Positions 42,233 through 52,375 of a stretch of DNA of 64,000 nucleotides are shown piece after piece. Source of the DNA: Alphaproteobacteria bacterium (GTDB taxonomy: Bacteria; Pseudomonadota; Alphaproteobacteria; GCA-2731375); assembly GCA_965225945.1 (NCBI GenBank), contig CBDDBZ010000039.1, positions 352,001 through 416,000 of the forward strand, given 5' to 3'. Each line of letters starts with the position of its first letter. Within the stretch, counting starts at the first letter, position 1. Under the pieces are notes generated by a model. That model saw nothing but the letters and a program-made list of their open reading frames with translations, was not told the origin of the DNA and ran no database searches. The translations under genes were made by a program, and so were the position numbers.

Positions 42233-43042
42233 ATGATCGCGAAACTCGAGGCCGTCGAGCGGGCCGCGCTGGAGGATATGGTGGCGGCCGCGCCGGCCGA
42301 TCTCGCGACCCGTCTCGGCATCGAAGGCGCCGAGGTGGGAACGGCTTACCTCGCGCTGGCGGCCAAGCTGCCGGCCTCCGCCGTGGTCGTCAACCGGACC
42401 ATCGGCCTCGGCATGGGCGGCCCCGCGAGCCGCGAGGAGGTGGCTCTGATCGTCCGGCGTTACCGCGAGGCCGGGGTCGCGCGCCATTTCCTCCATCTCC
42501 ACCCCGAGGCCCGGCCGGCGGAGATCGCCCAATGGTGCGCGGCCGAGGGGCTGGAGCGGGCCCGGGCCTGGGTCAAGTTCGCCCGGGGCCGCGAGGCGCC
42601 GCCCGACGCGCCGACGGAGTTCGACATCCGCCTCGCCGGCCCGGCCGAGGCGCCGGCGGTCGGGCGGATCGTCGCCGAGGCCTTCGACCTGGGCGCGGCG
42701 GCGGCACCTTGGCTCGCCGCCCTGGTCGGCCGCCCGGGGTGGCGAATCTACGCCGGCATGGACGGCGATAGGCCGGTCGGGTCGGGGGCGATGTTCGTCC
42801 GCGATTCCGTCGCTTATCTCGACTGGGGGGCGACGGCGCCGGCGGCGCGCGGGCGCGGCTGCCAGAGCGCGCTCCTGCGGGCCAGGGTGCTCGACGCCCT
42901 CGACTTTGGCTGCGAGCTGATCGCGACCGCAACCGGGGAGGAGGTGGCGGGCGATCCCCAACACTCCTATTCGAACATCCTGCGCACCGGCTTCCGGCCC
43001 GAGGTGACGCGCCTCAACCTGGCGCCGCCGAGACCCGTATGA
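42233..43042 (+). CDS. GNAT family N-acetyltransferase
   Basis: ATAPAARGRGCQSALL acetyl-CoA motif, SYSNILRTGF. Confidence 0.82.
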   Translation: MIAKLEAVERAALEDMVAAAPADLATRLGIEGAEVGTAYLALAAKLPASAVVVNRTIGLGMGGPASREEVALIVRRYREAGVARHFLHLHPEARPAEIAQWCAAEGLERARAWVKFARGREAPPDAPTEFDIRLAGPAEAPAVGRIVAEAFDLGAAAAPWLAALVGRPGWRIYAGMDGDRPVGSGAMFVRDSVAYLDWGATAPAARGRGCQSALLRARVLDALDFGCELIATATGEEVAGDPQHSYSNILRTGFRPEVTRLNLAPPRPV

Positions 43043-43103
43043 CTTCGCGCCATCCCGCACTATAATTCGCCGTCTGAACGGCGCCCGGCCGCGAGGAGGG
43101 ACC

Positions 43104-43562
43104 ATGCTGAGCGAGGAGATGAAGCAACTGATCGCCACCACCCGGCTCTGCTTCGCCGCCACGGTGAACGCGGACGGGACGCCCAACCTCTCGCCCAAGG
43201 CGACGCTGATGGCGCTCGACGACCACCGAATCGCCTTCGCCAACATCGCCTCGCCGACGACGATCGCCAACCTCAAACGCAACCCGGCGATCGAGATCAA
43301 CATCGTCGACATCTTCCGCCGTCGCGGCTACCGCTTCGCCGGCAAGGCCGCGCTCGCCGAGCCGGGCGCGGCGGAATTCGAGACGGTGGCCGGCAAGCTC
43401 TGGGCCGCCGTCGGCCGAGATTACCCGGTGCACCAGGTCGTGGTGGTGACGGTGGAGCGGGCGCTTCCCGTCCTGTCGCCGGCCTATACCTTCGGTGGTG
43501 CCAGCGAGGACGAGCTGATCCCGCACTGGCAGGGCAACTACGGCGTGCGGCCGGCGGAGTAG
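43104..43562 (+). CDS. Pyridoxamine 5'-phosphate oxidase family protein
   Basis: ATVNADGTPNLSPK, TIANLKRNP, RRRGYRFAG. Confidence 0.85.
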   Translation: MLSEEMKQLIATTRLCFAATVNADGTPNLSPKATLMALDDHRIAFANIASPTTIANLKRNPAIEINIVDIFRRRGYRFAGKAALAEPGAAEFETVAGKLWAAVGRDYPVHQVVVVTVERALPVLSPAYTFGGASEDELIPHWQGNYGVRPAE

Positions 43563-43587
43563 TCGATCGTCAAAAGTCCCTCGGCCG

Positions 43588-44373
43588 CTATCGGATCGCC
43601 CGGCCCTTGCGCTGGATGAACTCCGGGAAGGCATCCTCGGCCCGGGCGCCCGGGACCACGTCGCGGGTATAGACCCGCTCGTGGCTCCATTGCGTCTTCA
43701 GGTCGGCGCCGAGGTCCCTGAGCAGCAGCGCCTTCACCCCCCGCACCGAGGCGGCCTTGTTGGCGGCGATCATGCGCGCCAGTTCCATGGTCTTGGCGCG
43801 CAGCTCGGCGCGCGGCACCAGATGGTTCAAGAGGCCGATTGCGTGCGCCTCCTCGGGCTCCACCACGCGGCCGGAGAACAGCAGTTCCTTGGCCATCGGC
43901 CAGCCGACCTGGTTGGGCAACGTCCAGGTGGCGTTGATCCGACCGTAGGCGGCGGCGAGAAAGCGGAACTTGCTTCCCTCGCAGCCGATCCGGATGTCGA
44001 GCGCGGTGGCGAGCACGCTGGCGCCGCCGTAGGCGAGGCCGTTCATCATCCCGATGGTCGGCTTCGGACAGGTGGCGACGTCGTAGGTGCCCTCGGCCAG
44101 TATGACGCCCCGGGAAGCGCGCTCGGCCGGCGCCAAATTGACGTCGTTCTCGCGCTGCTCGTGGATGTCGCCACCGGCGGAGAAGGCCTTTTCGCCGGCT
44201 CCGGTGATGACGATGCAGTCGACCTGATCGTCGCGGCCCATGCGGCGGACGGCGTCATGCAGCTCCGAGGTGAGGCGGAAGTTCATCGCGTTCAACACCT
44301 CGGGCCGGTTCATGGTGAGGATCGCTACCCCGTCCGTCTTTTCCACCAGAATATGCTCAAATTCGCTCACCAC
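43588..44373 (-). CDS. Enoyl-CoA hydratase/isomerase family protein
   Basis: MNRPEVLNAM, AFSAGGDI, NGLAYGGA. Confidence 0.88.
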   Translation of the reverse strand: MVSEFEHILVEKTDGVAILTMNRPEVLNAMNFRLTSELHDAVRRMGRDDQVDCIVITGAGEKAFSAGGDIHEQRENDVNLAPAERASRGVILAEGTYDVATCPKPTIGMMNGLAYGGASVLATALDIRIGCEGSKFRFLAAAYGRINATWTLPNQVGWPMAKELLFSGRVVEPEEAHAIGLLNHLVPRAELRAKTMELARMIAANKAASVRGVKALLLRDLGADLKTQWSHERVYTRDVVPGARAEDAFPEFIQRKGRAIR

Positions 44374-46070
44374 GCCTCTCCTCTCGCCGATAGTCGGGCC
44401 GGGTTATAGTCTCGGGTGTAGTAGCCGGCGAGGCGGTCGGCCTCCAGGTCCTCGGGCGCCCGCTGGCTCACCGGACCGAAGCCGGCGCCCCCCGCTGAGC
44501 AGACCTCGATGATGTCGCCGGCGGCAAGCGGAATGCGTTCGTCCTTGGTCAGCAACGGCGGCGTATAGATCTCCCCGTCGCGCCGCCGTATTCGGAAGCG
44601 CGTCAGCGCGCCGTCGTCTCCGCCGTCGTGGCCGCGCGGCGGAAAGCGGCCGCGATCGCCCAGCAGCGAGACCACGGCCTCTCCCCTCAGTAGCTCGATC
44701 GCCATGTCGACCCCGAAGCCGCCACGCCGCCGGCCCCGTCCGCCCGAATTCTCGCGCAAGCGAAAGTGACGCACCCGGTAGGGATAGCGGCTCTCGTAGA
44801 TCTCCATCGGCGTCATTCGCGCGGTCGAATGCAGCGAGCAGCCGTTGCTGATTCCATCGCCGTGTTCGTGGCCGCCGTAGCCGCCGCCGAAGTATAGATA
44901 GAGCACGTAGTCGCCGATTTCCTCGTCATGGCCGCCGACGGTGACGTTGACGGTGCTGGAGAAGCAGCCGGCGGTGATCCGCTCCGGCACCGATTGGGCC
45001 AGCGCGCCGAACACCACGTCGATGATCCGCTGCGAGACCTCGGCCGTGGAGCCGGAGACGGGTCGCGGCGGGTCGGCGTTCAGGAAGGTGCTCTTGGGCG
45101 CGATGACCTTCACCGGCTTGAAAGCGCCGGCGTTTATCGGCACCTCCGTGAAGACGTGCTTCAAGGCGACGTGACAGGCCGAGACGGTCGACGACCAGAC
45201 CGAGTTGAAGGGCCCCTTGCAGGGCGGCGAGGACCGGGAGAAGTCCAGCGTCATATCGCTCCCCGAGACGGTCAGGCGGAGGTGGATGTCGAGGGCCCCT
45301 GGGTCGACCCCGTCGCTGTCCATGTGGTCGAGATATTCGTAGACGCCGTCGGGAAACTCCGTGATGTGGGAGCGCATGACCGCTTCCGCGCGGGCAAACA
45401 TCTCGTCGACCGTGCGCTCGATGACGTCGCGCCCGAAGCGGGCGACCAGGCCGTCCAGCCGGTGGGCGCCGAGACGGAGCGCCGTCACCTGGGCGTGGAT
45501 ATCGCCGAGCCGGGGCTTCGGCACCCGGACGTTTTCCAGGATCAGCGTCACCATCTCCTCGTCCAACTCGCCCTCGCGGTAGAGCCGGACCGGCGGCAGC
45601 ACCAGGCCTTCCTGGAAGATCTCGGTCGCCCGGGCCGGGAAGCCGCCGGGGACCGAGCCGCCGATGTCGGGCCAGTGGCCGGTGTTGGCGAGAAGCGCGA
45701 ACAGCTCGCCCTCGACGAAATGCGGCATCACCATCTTGACGTCCATCAGATGCGTGCCGCCCAGGTAGGGGCTGTTGACGATATAGATGTCGCCCGGGCT
45801 GAACCGGCGCCGGCCCTCGATGCTGGCGAGGACGCCCTGGGCCGTGTGCTGCATGACCGAGACGAAGAGTGGCAGGCTGTCCTCGCCCTGGGCGATCACC
45901 TCGCCGGTCCGCGGGTGATAGAGGCCGCTTGCCACGTCCTTGCCCTCGGCGATGATCGGCGAGAAGGCGGTGGAGACGAAGGCGGTGTCCATTTCCGTCG
46001 TCAGTTCTTGAAGCGCGCCTCGGACCACGGCGAAAGTCAGGGGATCGATCGCATCGTACGCTTCCGTCAT
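44367..46070 (-). CDS. Hydantoinase B/oxoprolinase family protein
   Basis: AFSPIIAE, GGTHLMD, HWPDIGG, EIFQEG, SGGRGRRRGG. Confidence 0.9.
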   Translation of the reverse strand: MTEAYDAIDPLTFAVVRGALQELTTEMDTAFVSTAFSPIIAEGKDVASGLYHPRTGEVIAQGEDSLPLFVSVMQHTAQGVLASIEGRRRFSPGDIYIVNSPYLGGTHLMDVKMVMPHFVEGELFALLANTGHWPDIGGSVPGGFPARATEIFQEGLVLPPVRLYREGELDEEMVTLILENVRVPKPRLGDIHAQVTALRLGAHRLDGLVARFGRDVIERTVDEMFARAEAVMRSHITEFPDGVYEYLDHMDSDGVDPGALDIHLRLTVSGSDMTLDFSRSSPPCKGPFNSVWSSTVSACHVALKHVFTEVPINAGAFKPVKVIAPKSTFLNADPPRPVSGSTAEVSQRIIDVVFGALAQSVPERITAGCFSSTVNVTVGGHDEEIGDYVLYLYFGGGYGGHEHGDGISNGCSLHSTARMTPMEIYESRYPYRVRHFRLRENSGGRGRRRGGFGVDMAIELLRGEAVVSLLGDRGRFPPRGHDGGDDGALTRFRIRRRDGEIYTPPLLTKDERIPLAAGDIIEVCSAGGAGFGPVSQRAPEDLEADRLAGYYTRDYNPARLSARGEAW

Positions 46071-48103
46071 GTCGCCCCCCACTCTCGGCCGACCCGCCCG
46101 AGCCCCAGGGTGCCGCCGGCGAGCACGCGCGCGCGGAAGCCCGGCGCCACCAGGATCGTCGCATCCGATTGCGCGATGATCGCCGGGCCCGCCACCGCCG
46201 CCCCCTCCACGAGCGCGCTCCGCGCGATCACCGGCGCCCGATGCCAGACACCTCGCCAGCGCACCTCGCGTTCGCTCACCGCGCTCGGCCCCGTCGCCAC
46301 CGGCCTGGGGAGCGTCCGGTCCGGGCGAAGGCCGCGAACGGTGGTGCGAATCGCGGTGATGGTCACCGGAAATTCGCTCAGCACCGTCGTGAAGCGACGG
46401 CGATAGGTCTCGGTGAAGGCCGCTTCCAGGCCGGCCACGTCGATCTCGGGTCCGGCGGCCACGACGTCGACGGCGTGCGCCTGACCCAGATAGCAGCAGG
46501 CCACGGCGTGCTCGACCTCGATCGAGCGGAGCGGCGCCCCGGCGCCGGCGACGCGCTCGCGGCCGAGATCGGCCTGCCGCCGCCAGCTCGCGCGGACCTC
46601 CTCGAGGCTCCGCTCCGTCAGCGGCAACATCGCCGTCCGGACGAAATCCTGGCGCAGGTCGCAGATCAGACAGCCGAGCGCCGAGGTGGCCCCCGGATAG
46701 GACGGCACCAAGGCCGTCGGCGCGGCGAGCTCGTCCATCAGGCCGCAGGCATGGAGCGCGCCGGCCCCGCCGAAGAGCACCAGGGCGAAATCGCGCGGAT
46801 CATGACCCCGCTCGGTGGAGATCCTGCGAAGCGCGCCGGCCACGTGCTGCTCGGCGACACCGACGATGGCCTCGGCCGCCGCTTCCAACGACAAATCGAG
46901 GGCGGCGGCGATCTCGCCCACCGCCGTCGCAGCCGGCGTGCGCCTGAGGTTCGGCCCGCCATGGGTGCCCAGCACCGTCGCCTCGCCGAGCCGCCCGAGG
47001 ATGAGCTGCGCGTCCGTCACGGTCGCCCGCGCGCCACCCTGGTCGTAGCAGGCGGGACCGGGTTCGGCGCCCGCGCTTTCCGGCCCGACGCGCAGCAGCC
47101 CGCCGCGGTCGATCCAGGCGATGGAGCCGCCGCCGGCGCCGATCGAGCGCACGTCGACCATTGGTCGCCAGATCGGCAGGCCGAACTCCAGCTCGCTCTG
47201 CGCCCGCATCGAGGGCAGGCCCGCGTCGATCAGCCCGATGTCGCAACTGGTGCCGCCGATATCGCAGCCGAGCGCTTTTTCGAAACCGGCCTCGGCGGCG
47301 ATGCGGGCGGCGGCGGCGACGCCCGCGGCCGGGCCCGAGAGGATCGAGGCGACCGGCAGCCGGGCCGATTCCGACCAGGGGACGGCGCCGCCGTTGGACT
47401 GCGCGACCAGCAGATCGTGGCGAAAACCGGCCGCGCCCAGGCGGTCCGAGAGCGCGCCCAGATAGCGCGCCATCACCGGCTGCACATAGGTATTGATCGC
47501 CGCCGTCGTCGTCCGCTCGAACTCCCGCGCCTCTTCCGAAATGTCGCTCGCCACGGTCAGCCGGTCCGCCGGCCAGCCGAGCGCAACCAAGCGGTCCGCC
47601 AGTCGTCGTTCCTCGGCGCCGTTGCGGTAGCCGTTGAAGAGGCTGATCACCAGCGCTTCCGCCTCCACCTCGCGCAGGCGATCGACGATTTGCCTGAGTT
47701 CCGCGTCGTCGGCTCGGCTCAGGACCCGGCCCGAAGCGTCGAGCGCGACCGAGGCCTCGAGCCGGCGGTGGCGGGGGATCAGCGGCGTGAATGTCGCCTT
47801 CAGGCCATAGGCGTTCGGCCGGTCGCGGCGCCTGAGCTCCAGCACGTCGCGGAAGCCTCGGCTGGTCAGCAGCGCCGCGCGGCAGCCCTTGCGCTCGATC
47901 AGCGCGTTGACGGCGACAGTGGTGCCGTGCACGGCGGCCTCGATTCCGCCGACGTCAATGCCGGCGCCGTCGAGCGCGGCCATGAAGCCCAGCGACTGAT
48001 CGGCCGTGGTGCTCGGCACCTTGGCGACGCGGATCGCGCCGTCGGCCGGATCCACGGCGACGAGATCGGTGAAGGTGCCGCCGATGTCAACGCCGATCTC
48101 CAT
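46067..48103 (-). CDS. Hydantoinase A/oxoprolinase family protein
   Basis: GVDIGGTFTD, HGTTVAVNAL, LSGPAAG, DIGGTSCD, IGAGGGSIA, FGGAG. Confidence 0.92.
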   Translation of the reverse strand: MEIGVDIGGTFTDLVAVDPADGAIRVAKVPSTTADQSLGFMAALDGAGIDVGGIEAAVHGTTVAVNALIERKGCRAALLTSRGFRDVLELRRRDRPNAYGLKATFTPLIPRHRRLEASVALDASGRVLSRADDAELRQIVDRLREVEAEALVISLFNGYRNGAEERRLADRLVALGWPADRLTVASDISEEAREFERTTTAAINTYVQPVMARYLGALSDRLGAAGFRHDLLVAQSNGGAVPWSESARLPVASILSGPAAGVAAAARIAAEAGFEKALGCDIGGTSCDIGLIDAGLPSMRAQSELEFGLPIWRPMVDVRSIGAGGGSIAWIDRGGLLRVGPESAGAEPGPACYDQGGARATVTDAQLILGRLGEATVLGTHGGPNLRRTPAATAVGEIAAALDLSLEAAAEAIVGVAEQHVAGALRRISTERGHDPRDFALVLFGGAGALHACGLMDELAAPTALVPSYPGATSALGCLICDLRQDFVRTAMLPLTERSLEEVRASWRRQADLGRERVAGAGAPLRSIEVEHAVACCYLGQAHAVDVVAAGPEIDVAGLEAAFTETYRRRFTTVLSEFPVTITAIRTTVRGLRPDRTLPRPVATGPSAVSEREVRWRGVWHRAPVIARSALVEGAAVAGPAIIAQSDATILVAPGFRARVLAGGTLGLGRVGREWGAT

Positions 48104-48291
48104 GCCCCGCCGTCCCCGCCGCCGTCTCCGGAGCCAGCCTAGCGCGTTATCGGCGCGGACTGAACCGTCCGCTTCCTCGGGGGCTAACAGCGTTGGACAT
48201 GAACCTCGACCACGTCGGCTCGACGGCTTGGCGATCGCGGCCGTTGGCCTATCATCCGAGCCGACGGCGGCAAACAACCAGGGGAGGTCGA

Positions 48292-48939
48292 ATGACTCAA
48301 TTACGCGTCGGATTCGTCGGCGACAGCATCACCAACGGCACCGGTGACGAGACCCTGCTCGGCTGGACCCTACGACTGGGCCAGGCCGAGCGGGCGCGCG
48401 GCCACGACGTCACCGTCTATAACCTGGGGGTTCGCGCCGATACCTCGGAAATGGTCCAGGCGCGCTGGGAGGCCGAGTGCGCGGCCCGGCTGCAACCGGC
48501 TTACGCCTGCGCCACCGTCTTCGCCCTCGGCATCAACGACAGCGCCCACGAAAAAAGCGCGGACAACGACGGCTTGCGGGTTCCGCTGGAACGCTCGGTC
48601 GAGATCATCGCGGGCATGGCGAGGGCGGCGCGGCGGTTCGGCCCCGTGCTCTGGATCGGGCCGACGCCGATCGAGGAATCCTTCATGCCGCTTTGGCCCT
48701 TCGCCGGGTTGAGCTTCGCCTTCGAGAACCCGGTCATCGCCGAATACGGCCGCGCCTACGCCGCGGGCGCGGGCGAGATCGACGTGCCCTACCTCGATCT
48801 CTTCGCCGCGCTGGCGGATGATTCGGCCTGGTACGCGATGCTGGGCAAGACCGACGGGCTGCACCCGAACGCCGAGGGCTACGAGCAGTTGACCGCGCTG
48901 ATCGCCGCCTGGCCGGCGTGGCGCGCGCTGCTGGATTGA
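48292..48939 (+). CDS. SGNH/GDSL hydrolase
   Basis: GDSIT, NLGVRADTS, GIND, DGLHP. Confidence 0.88.
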   Translation: MTQLRVGFVGDSITNGTGDETLLGWTLRLGQAERARGHDVTVYNLGVRADTSEMVQARWEAECAARLQPAYACATVFALGINDSAHEKSADNDGLRVPLERSVEIIAGMARAARRFGPVLWIGPTPIEESFMPLWPFAGLSFAFENPVIAEYGRAYAAGAGEIDVPYLDLFAALADDSAWYAMLGKTDGLHPNAEGYEQLTALIAAWPAWRALLD

Positions 48940-48967
48940 GCCGGACGATAGCGCTCGGGCCGCGACC

Positions 48968-49426
48968 ATGACCGAGATCTACGTCGACGCGGACGCCTGC
49001 CCGGTCAAGCACGAGGTGCTGCGGGTGGCCGAGCGCCACGGCTTGCACGTCCATATGGTTACCAACCAGGGCTACAACGCGCGCGGTCAGCCGCTGATTC
49101 ATGGCGTCATGGTGCCCCAGACGCCGGATGCCGCCGACGACTGGATCGCCGGCCACATCGGCCCCGCCGACGTGGCGGTGACGGCGGACATTCCGCTCGC
49201 CGACCGTTGCCTGAAGACCGGCGCCCGGGTGCTCGGCCCAACCGGGCGGCGCTTTACGGCGGACAACATCGGCGGCGCGCTCGCCACCCGCGACCTCTTG
49301 GCCCGGCTTCGCGAAACGGGCGAGATCCGGGGCCGAAACCCCGGCTTTTCGCGCCACGACCGCTCGCGCTTCCTGGAGGCCCTGGAGGCGACGGTGCGCG
49401 CCGCGACGGGAAAGAGCGGTGGCTGA
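48968..49426 (+). CDS. YaiI/YqxD (UPF0178) family protein
   Basis: YVDADACPVK, DAADDWI, TADIPLA. Confidence 0.9.
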   Translation: MTEIYVDADACPVKHEVLRVAERHGLHVHMVTNQGYNARGQPLIHGVMVPQTPDAADDWIAGHIGPADVAVTADIPLADRCLKTGARVLGPTGRRFTADNIGGALATRDLLARLRETGEIRGRNPGFSRHDRSRFLEALEATVRAATGKSGG

Positions 49427-49880
49427 GGGCGGGCGCGGCTTGAAGAGGAATTTCTGCCCGTTGGCCTCGACCTCGGGCGCCGGCGAAGCAGGCATTGAAG
49501 AAGGCGAGCGTCTCGTCCGTAATGCGTCCCCGCGCCCGCCGGTCGACGCCGAGGGCCTGAAACTCCGCCGCCATCCAGCCGACGCCCGCGCCGACGACCA
49601 GGCGATTGCCGCTGAGTTCCTGGATCGTCGCGATCTGCTTGGCCGTCGCCAGCGCTGCGCGGTAGGGCAGAATCAAGACGGCGAAGCCCAGGGTGACGCG
49701 CGTCGTGATCCCGGCGAGCCAGGCGAGCGTCGCCAGGGTGTCCATATAGCGCCCGCCGCTGCCCTCGGCGTCGTCTGGCGGGATGGCGAGGTGATTGGTA
49801 GTCCAGATCGATTCGACCCCGGCCGCCTCGGCGGCGAGCGCGCAGGCGGCCATCGTCCCGGCCGTCGACTCGCTCCGGCG
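49424..49880 (-). pseudogene. LLM-class flavin-dependent oxidoreductase remnant
   Basis: SIWTTNHLAIPP, LATLAWLAGITTRVTLG, ELSGNRLVVGAGVGW; frameshift near 49480 into EANGQKFLFKPRP; truncated at both ends. Confidence 0.78.
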
Positions 49881-50445
49881 CGATCGCGCGATCACCCGGC
49901 TTGCGCCCGGTTTGGGAGGCTCGCGCGCGGCGAACCCTCACGAAAATCGGCGATTCACGCGCCAAGACGACGTTTTCGAATGCATACATCTCAGGGTCTG
50001 AATATGCGTGAGACAAGCAAAGCATTGATGGTCAACGCCGTTTGGGCTTCACCCCGGCATGACGGGATTTCGTTTTGCAAAATCGGCGATATTCGGAAGT
50101 ATACAATTATTCCTATATATATCGAAATAGTTTTTAGGCTGCACGCGGCTCGTTGTTTTCGTCGAATATCCCGGCTGGCCGAGTATCGCGAACCTTCGCA
50201 TCTCGGGCGACGTGCCCACCCCGTGTCCGAGCCCTCGCCCTCGAACCGCCGCCGCCCGTATCCCGGGCTCGGACCTCTCCTCGAATACGGGATGTCCCGA
50301 CGAGCGGCCCGGGCGATATCTCCTACCATGGGTTCGACGGTGGGGTGTGGGAAGACGCTATGGTCGGGAATCGGGCGTGGAATTCAATTTTCAAGACGCG
50401 ACCGCCCAGCCTGCGACCCCCCAGCCCGCGCTATTTGCGCCTGCC

Positions 50446-50570
50446 CTTCTCATCTTCAATGGTGAGCGCGGCGCCGAGCACTGTAAAGGCGGAGCCTTCG
50501 GCTCCCCGCTTCGCGGCTTACGGCCTTGACAGCGCCCGTCCCCACACTCCGACGCTCCTCCATGAGAAGA
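50446..50570. repeat. Long imperfect hairpin element, copy 1
   Basis: CTGTAAAGGC...GCCTTGACAG stem with inner GGAGCC-TTC-GGCTCC hairpin. Confidence 0.75.
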
Positions 50571-50667
50571 ATGGTGGAGAGTAGACCATGGTATCCATTT
50601 TCTCGGCGACGTGGCGATCCCGCCGCCAATTTCGATCATGTCGAGCAACTTCCATCGGATCCCCTCC

Positions 50668-50825
50668 CCTTCCGCCGCACCGAACCATCGATGGCACGGC
50701 GGAGCGGGAAAGGCGGGCGACGCCGCTAGTCAAGGCCGCGGCCGCGCAGCGGTGGCCCGAAGGGCCAGCCTTTACTCGCGGCGGCGCTCGCCGGATCATC
50801 GAGCACGCCATCGACGGCGGAAGGA
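50668..50825. repeat. Long imperfect hairpin element, copy 2 (inverted relative to copy 1)
   Basis: GTCAAGGC...GCCTTTAC stem with inner TGGCCC-GAA-GGGCCA hairpin; 25-bp stem with 4 mismatches. Confidence 0.75.
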
Positions 50826-51183
50826 CGAGCACCTTTGCGGGATCATCGGGCCGATAGTAGAGCGGAAAGGGGGTCTTGTACTTTAATCGCCGACGGTGCC
50901 TGGGCTTGTAAAAGTACAACGACACCTTTTTCGATTTCTCCCGCTGGCGGGAACCTCGATCGCCGAACCGATGGCCCGCCATGGTCCCTTCGTCATGAAC
51001 ACCCGTGACGAGCCGACCGCCGCCCTCGACGATTACCGCTCGGGACCCATGGGGACGATCGCGCGGAGCTGACGCACCGTCCCCGCTCTTCCCTCGATTT
51101 TCCGTGCCTGGAGGGAAAAACTCATGCAAGAAGCAAGACCTGACCCTCGAACCTTTGACCCCTCGCAGTTAGGCAAAATCAAA

Positions 51184-52213
51184 CCTGATTACGCACTTTA
51201 CTCAGCCGGATTGATGTGGTATAAATCGTGAACATTTGGTGGTTTTACAGGAGATTCACGATGCCACGCAACAAGGTTCAGTTCCAGAAGGGGCTCAGCG
51301 AGCCGCGTTTTCGTGAGTTGTACGGTACCGAGGAGCAGTGTCGCGAGGCCCTGTTCCGCTGGCGCTGGCCGGAGTGGTTCGCCTGCCCCCGATGTGGCGC
51401 CACGCGCCATTGCGAGATCGCCGGGCGAAAACTTTACCAATGCGCCGCCTGCCGTCATCAAGTTTCGCTGACCGCCGGCACGCTCTTCCACGCGACCAAG
51501 CTGGCGCTGACCCTGTGGTTCTCGGCGATCTATCACATGACCCAATCGAAGAAAGGGATCTCCTCCCTCGAACTCGGCCGGCGGCTCGGCGTCACCCAGA
51601 CCACGGCCTGGAAGATCAAGCAGAAACTGATGCAGTCCATGCTCGAGCGCGATGCCAAATTGCCGCTCACCGGGCGGGTGGAGATGGACGATGCCTACCT
51701 CGGCGGCCGGCGTTCCGGGGCCAAGCGCGGCCGGGGCGCGCCGGGCAAGACGCCGTTCGTCGCCGCCGTCCAGACCACGGCGGAGGGCCAGCCCGTGCGC
51801 ATCAAGCTCCGCCGCGTCAAGGGCTTCCGCAAGAGCGAGATCGCCAAGATGGCCAAGCGCGACCTGAGCCCGCTGGCGACGGTTGTCAGCGATGGGCTCG
51901 GCTGCTTCACCGCGGTCACCGCGTAAGGCTGTGCGCACCATCCGATACCCACCGGCTCCGGACCCGGGGCCGTCGCCGTGCCCGCCTTCAAATGGGTCAA
52001 CACCACCCTCGGCAACCTCAAAAACACCCTGCGCGGTACCTACCATGCGATCCGACCCAAGCATGTGCCGCGCTATCTGGCGGCGTTCCAGTACCGATAC
52101 AACCGCCGCTACCGGCTCGCCGACATGATCGAAGCCCTCGGCCGCGATGCCCTGCGCACGCCGCCCATGCCATATCGGCTCCTGAAGTTGGCTGAGGTTA
52201 GTGCGTAATCAGG
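51184..52213 (+). mobile_element. IS1595-family element, copy 1 (transposase 51261..52208 with TAA at 51924-51926)
   Basis: TIR CCTGATTACGCACT..CTCAGCC; 8-bp TSD AAATCAAA; Zn ribbon CPRC/CAAC and VEMDDAY DDE motif. Confidence 0.95.
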
Positions 52214-52256
52214 AAATCAAATGTAAGCGAGACGGGAATCTACACTGCCGGCTCCC

Positions 52257-52286
52257 TTGAAAGCTTATACACTGACGGTGTATGAT
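52257..52286 (+). promoter_or_regulatory. Sigma70-like promoter with overlapping palindrome
   Basis: TTGAAA-N18-TATGAT; ATACAC-N5-GTGTAT at 52267-52283. Confidence 0.55.
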
Positions 52287-52375
52287 TTTCGTCAGCGGCT
52301 CGGAGGGAGATTCCGGGCCCCCGCACGACCGCCGCTACTACCCCGATGCGCGCCCGCCTGTTTGTAGGAGCACAA

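Noticed and set aside
49991-51129. Short ORFs in the island non-coding region
   Set aside because: No domain-like sequence and mutually overlapping; the region is better explained by hairpin and repeat elements
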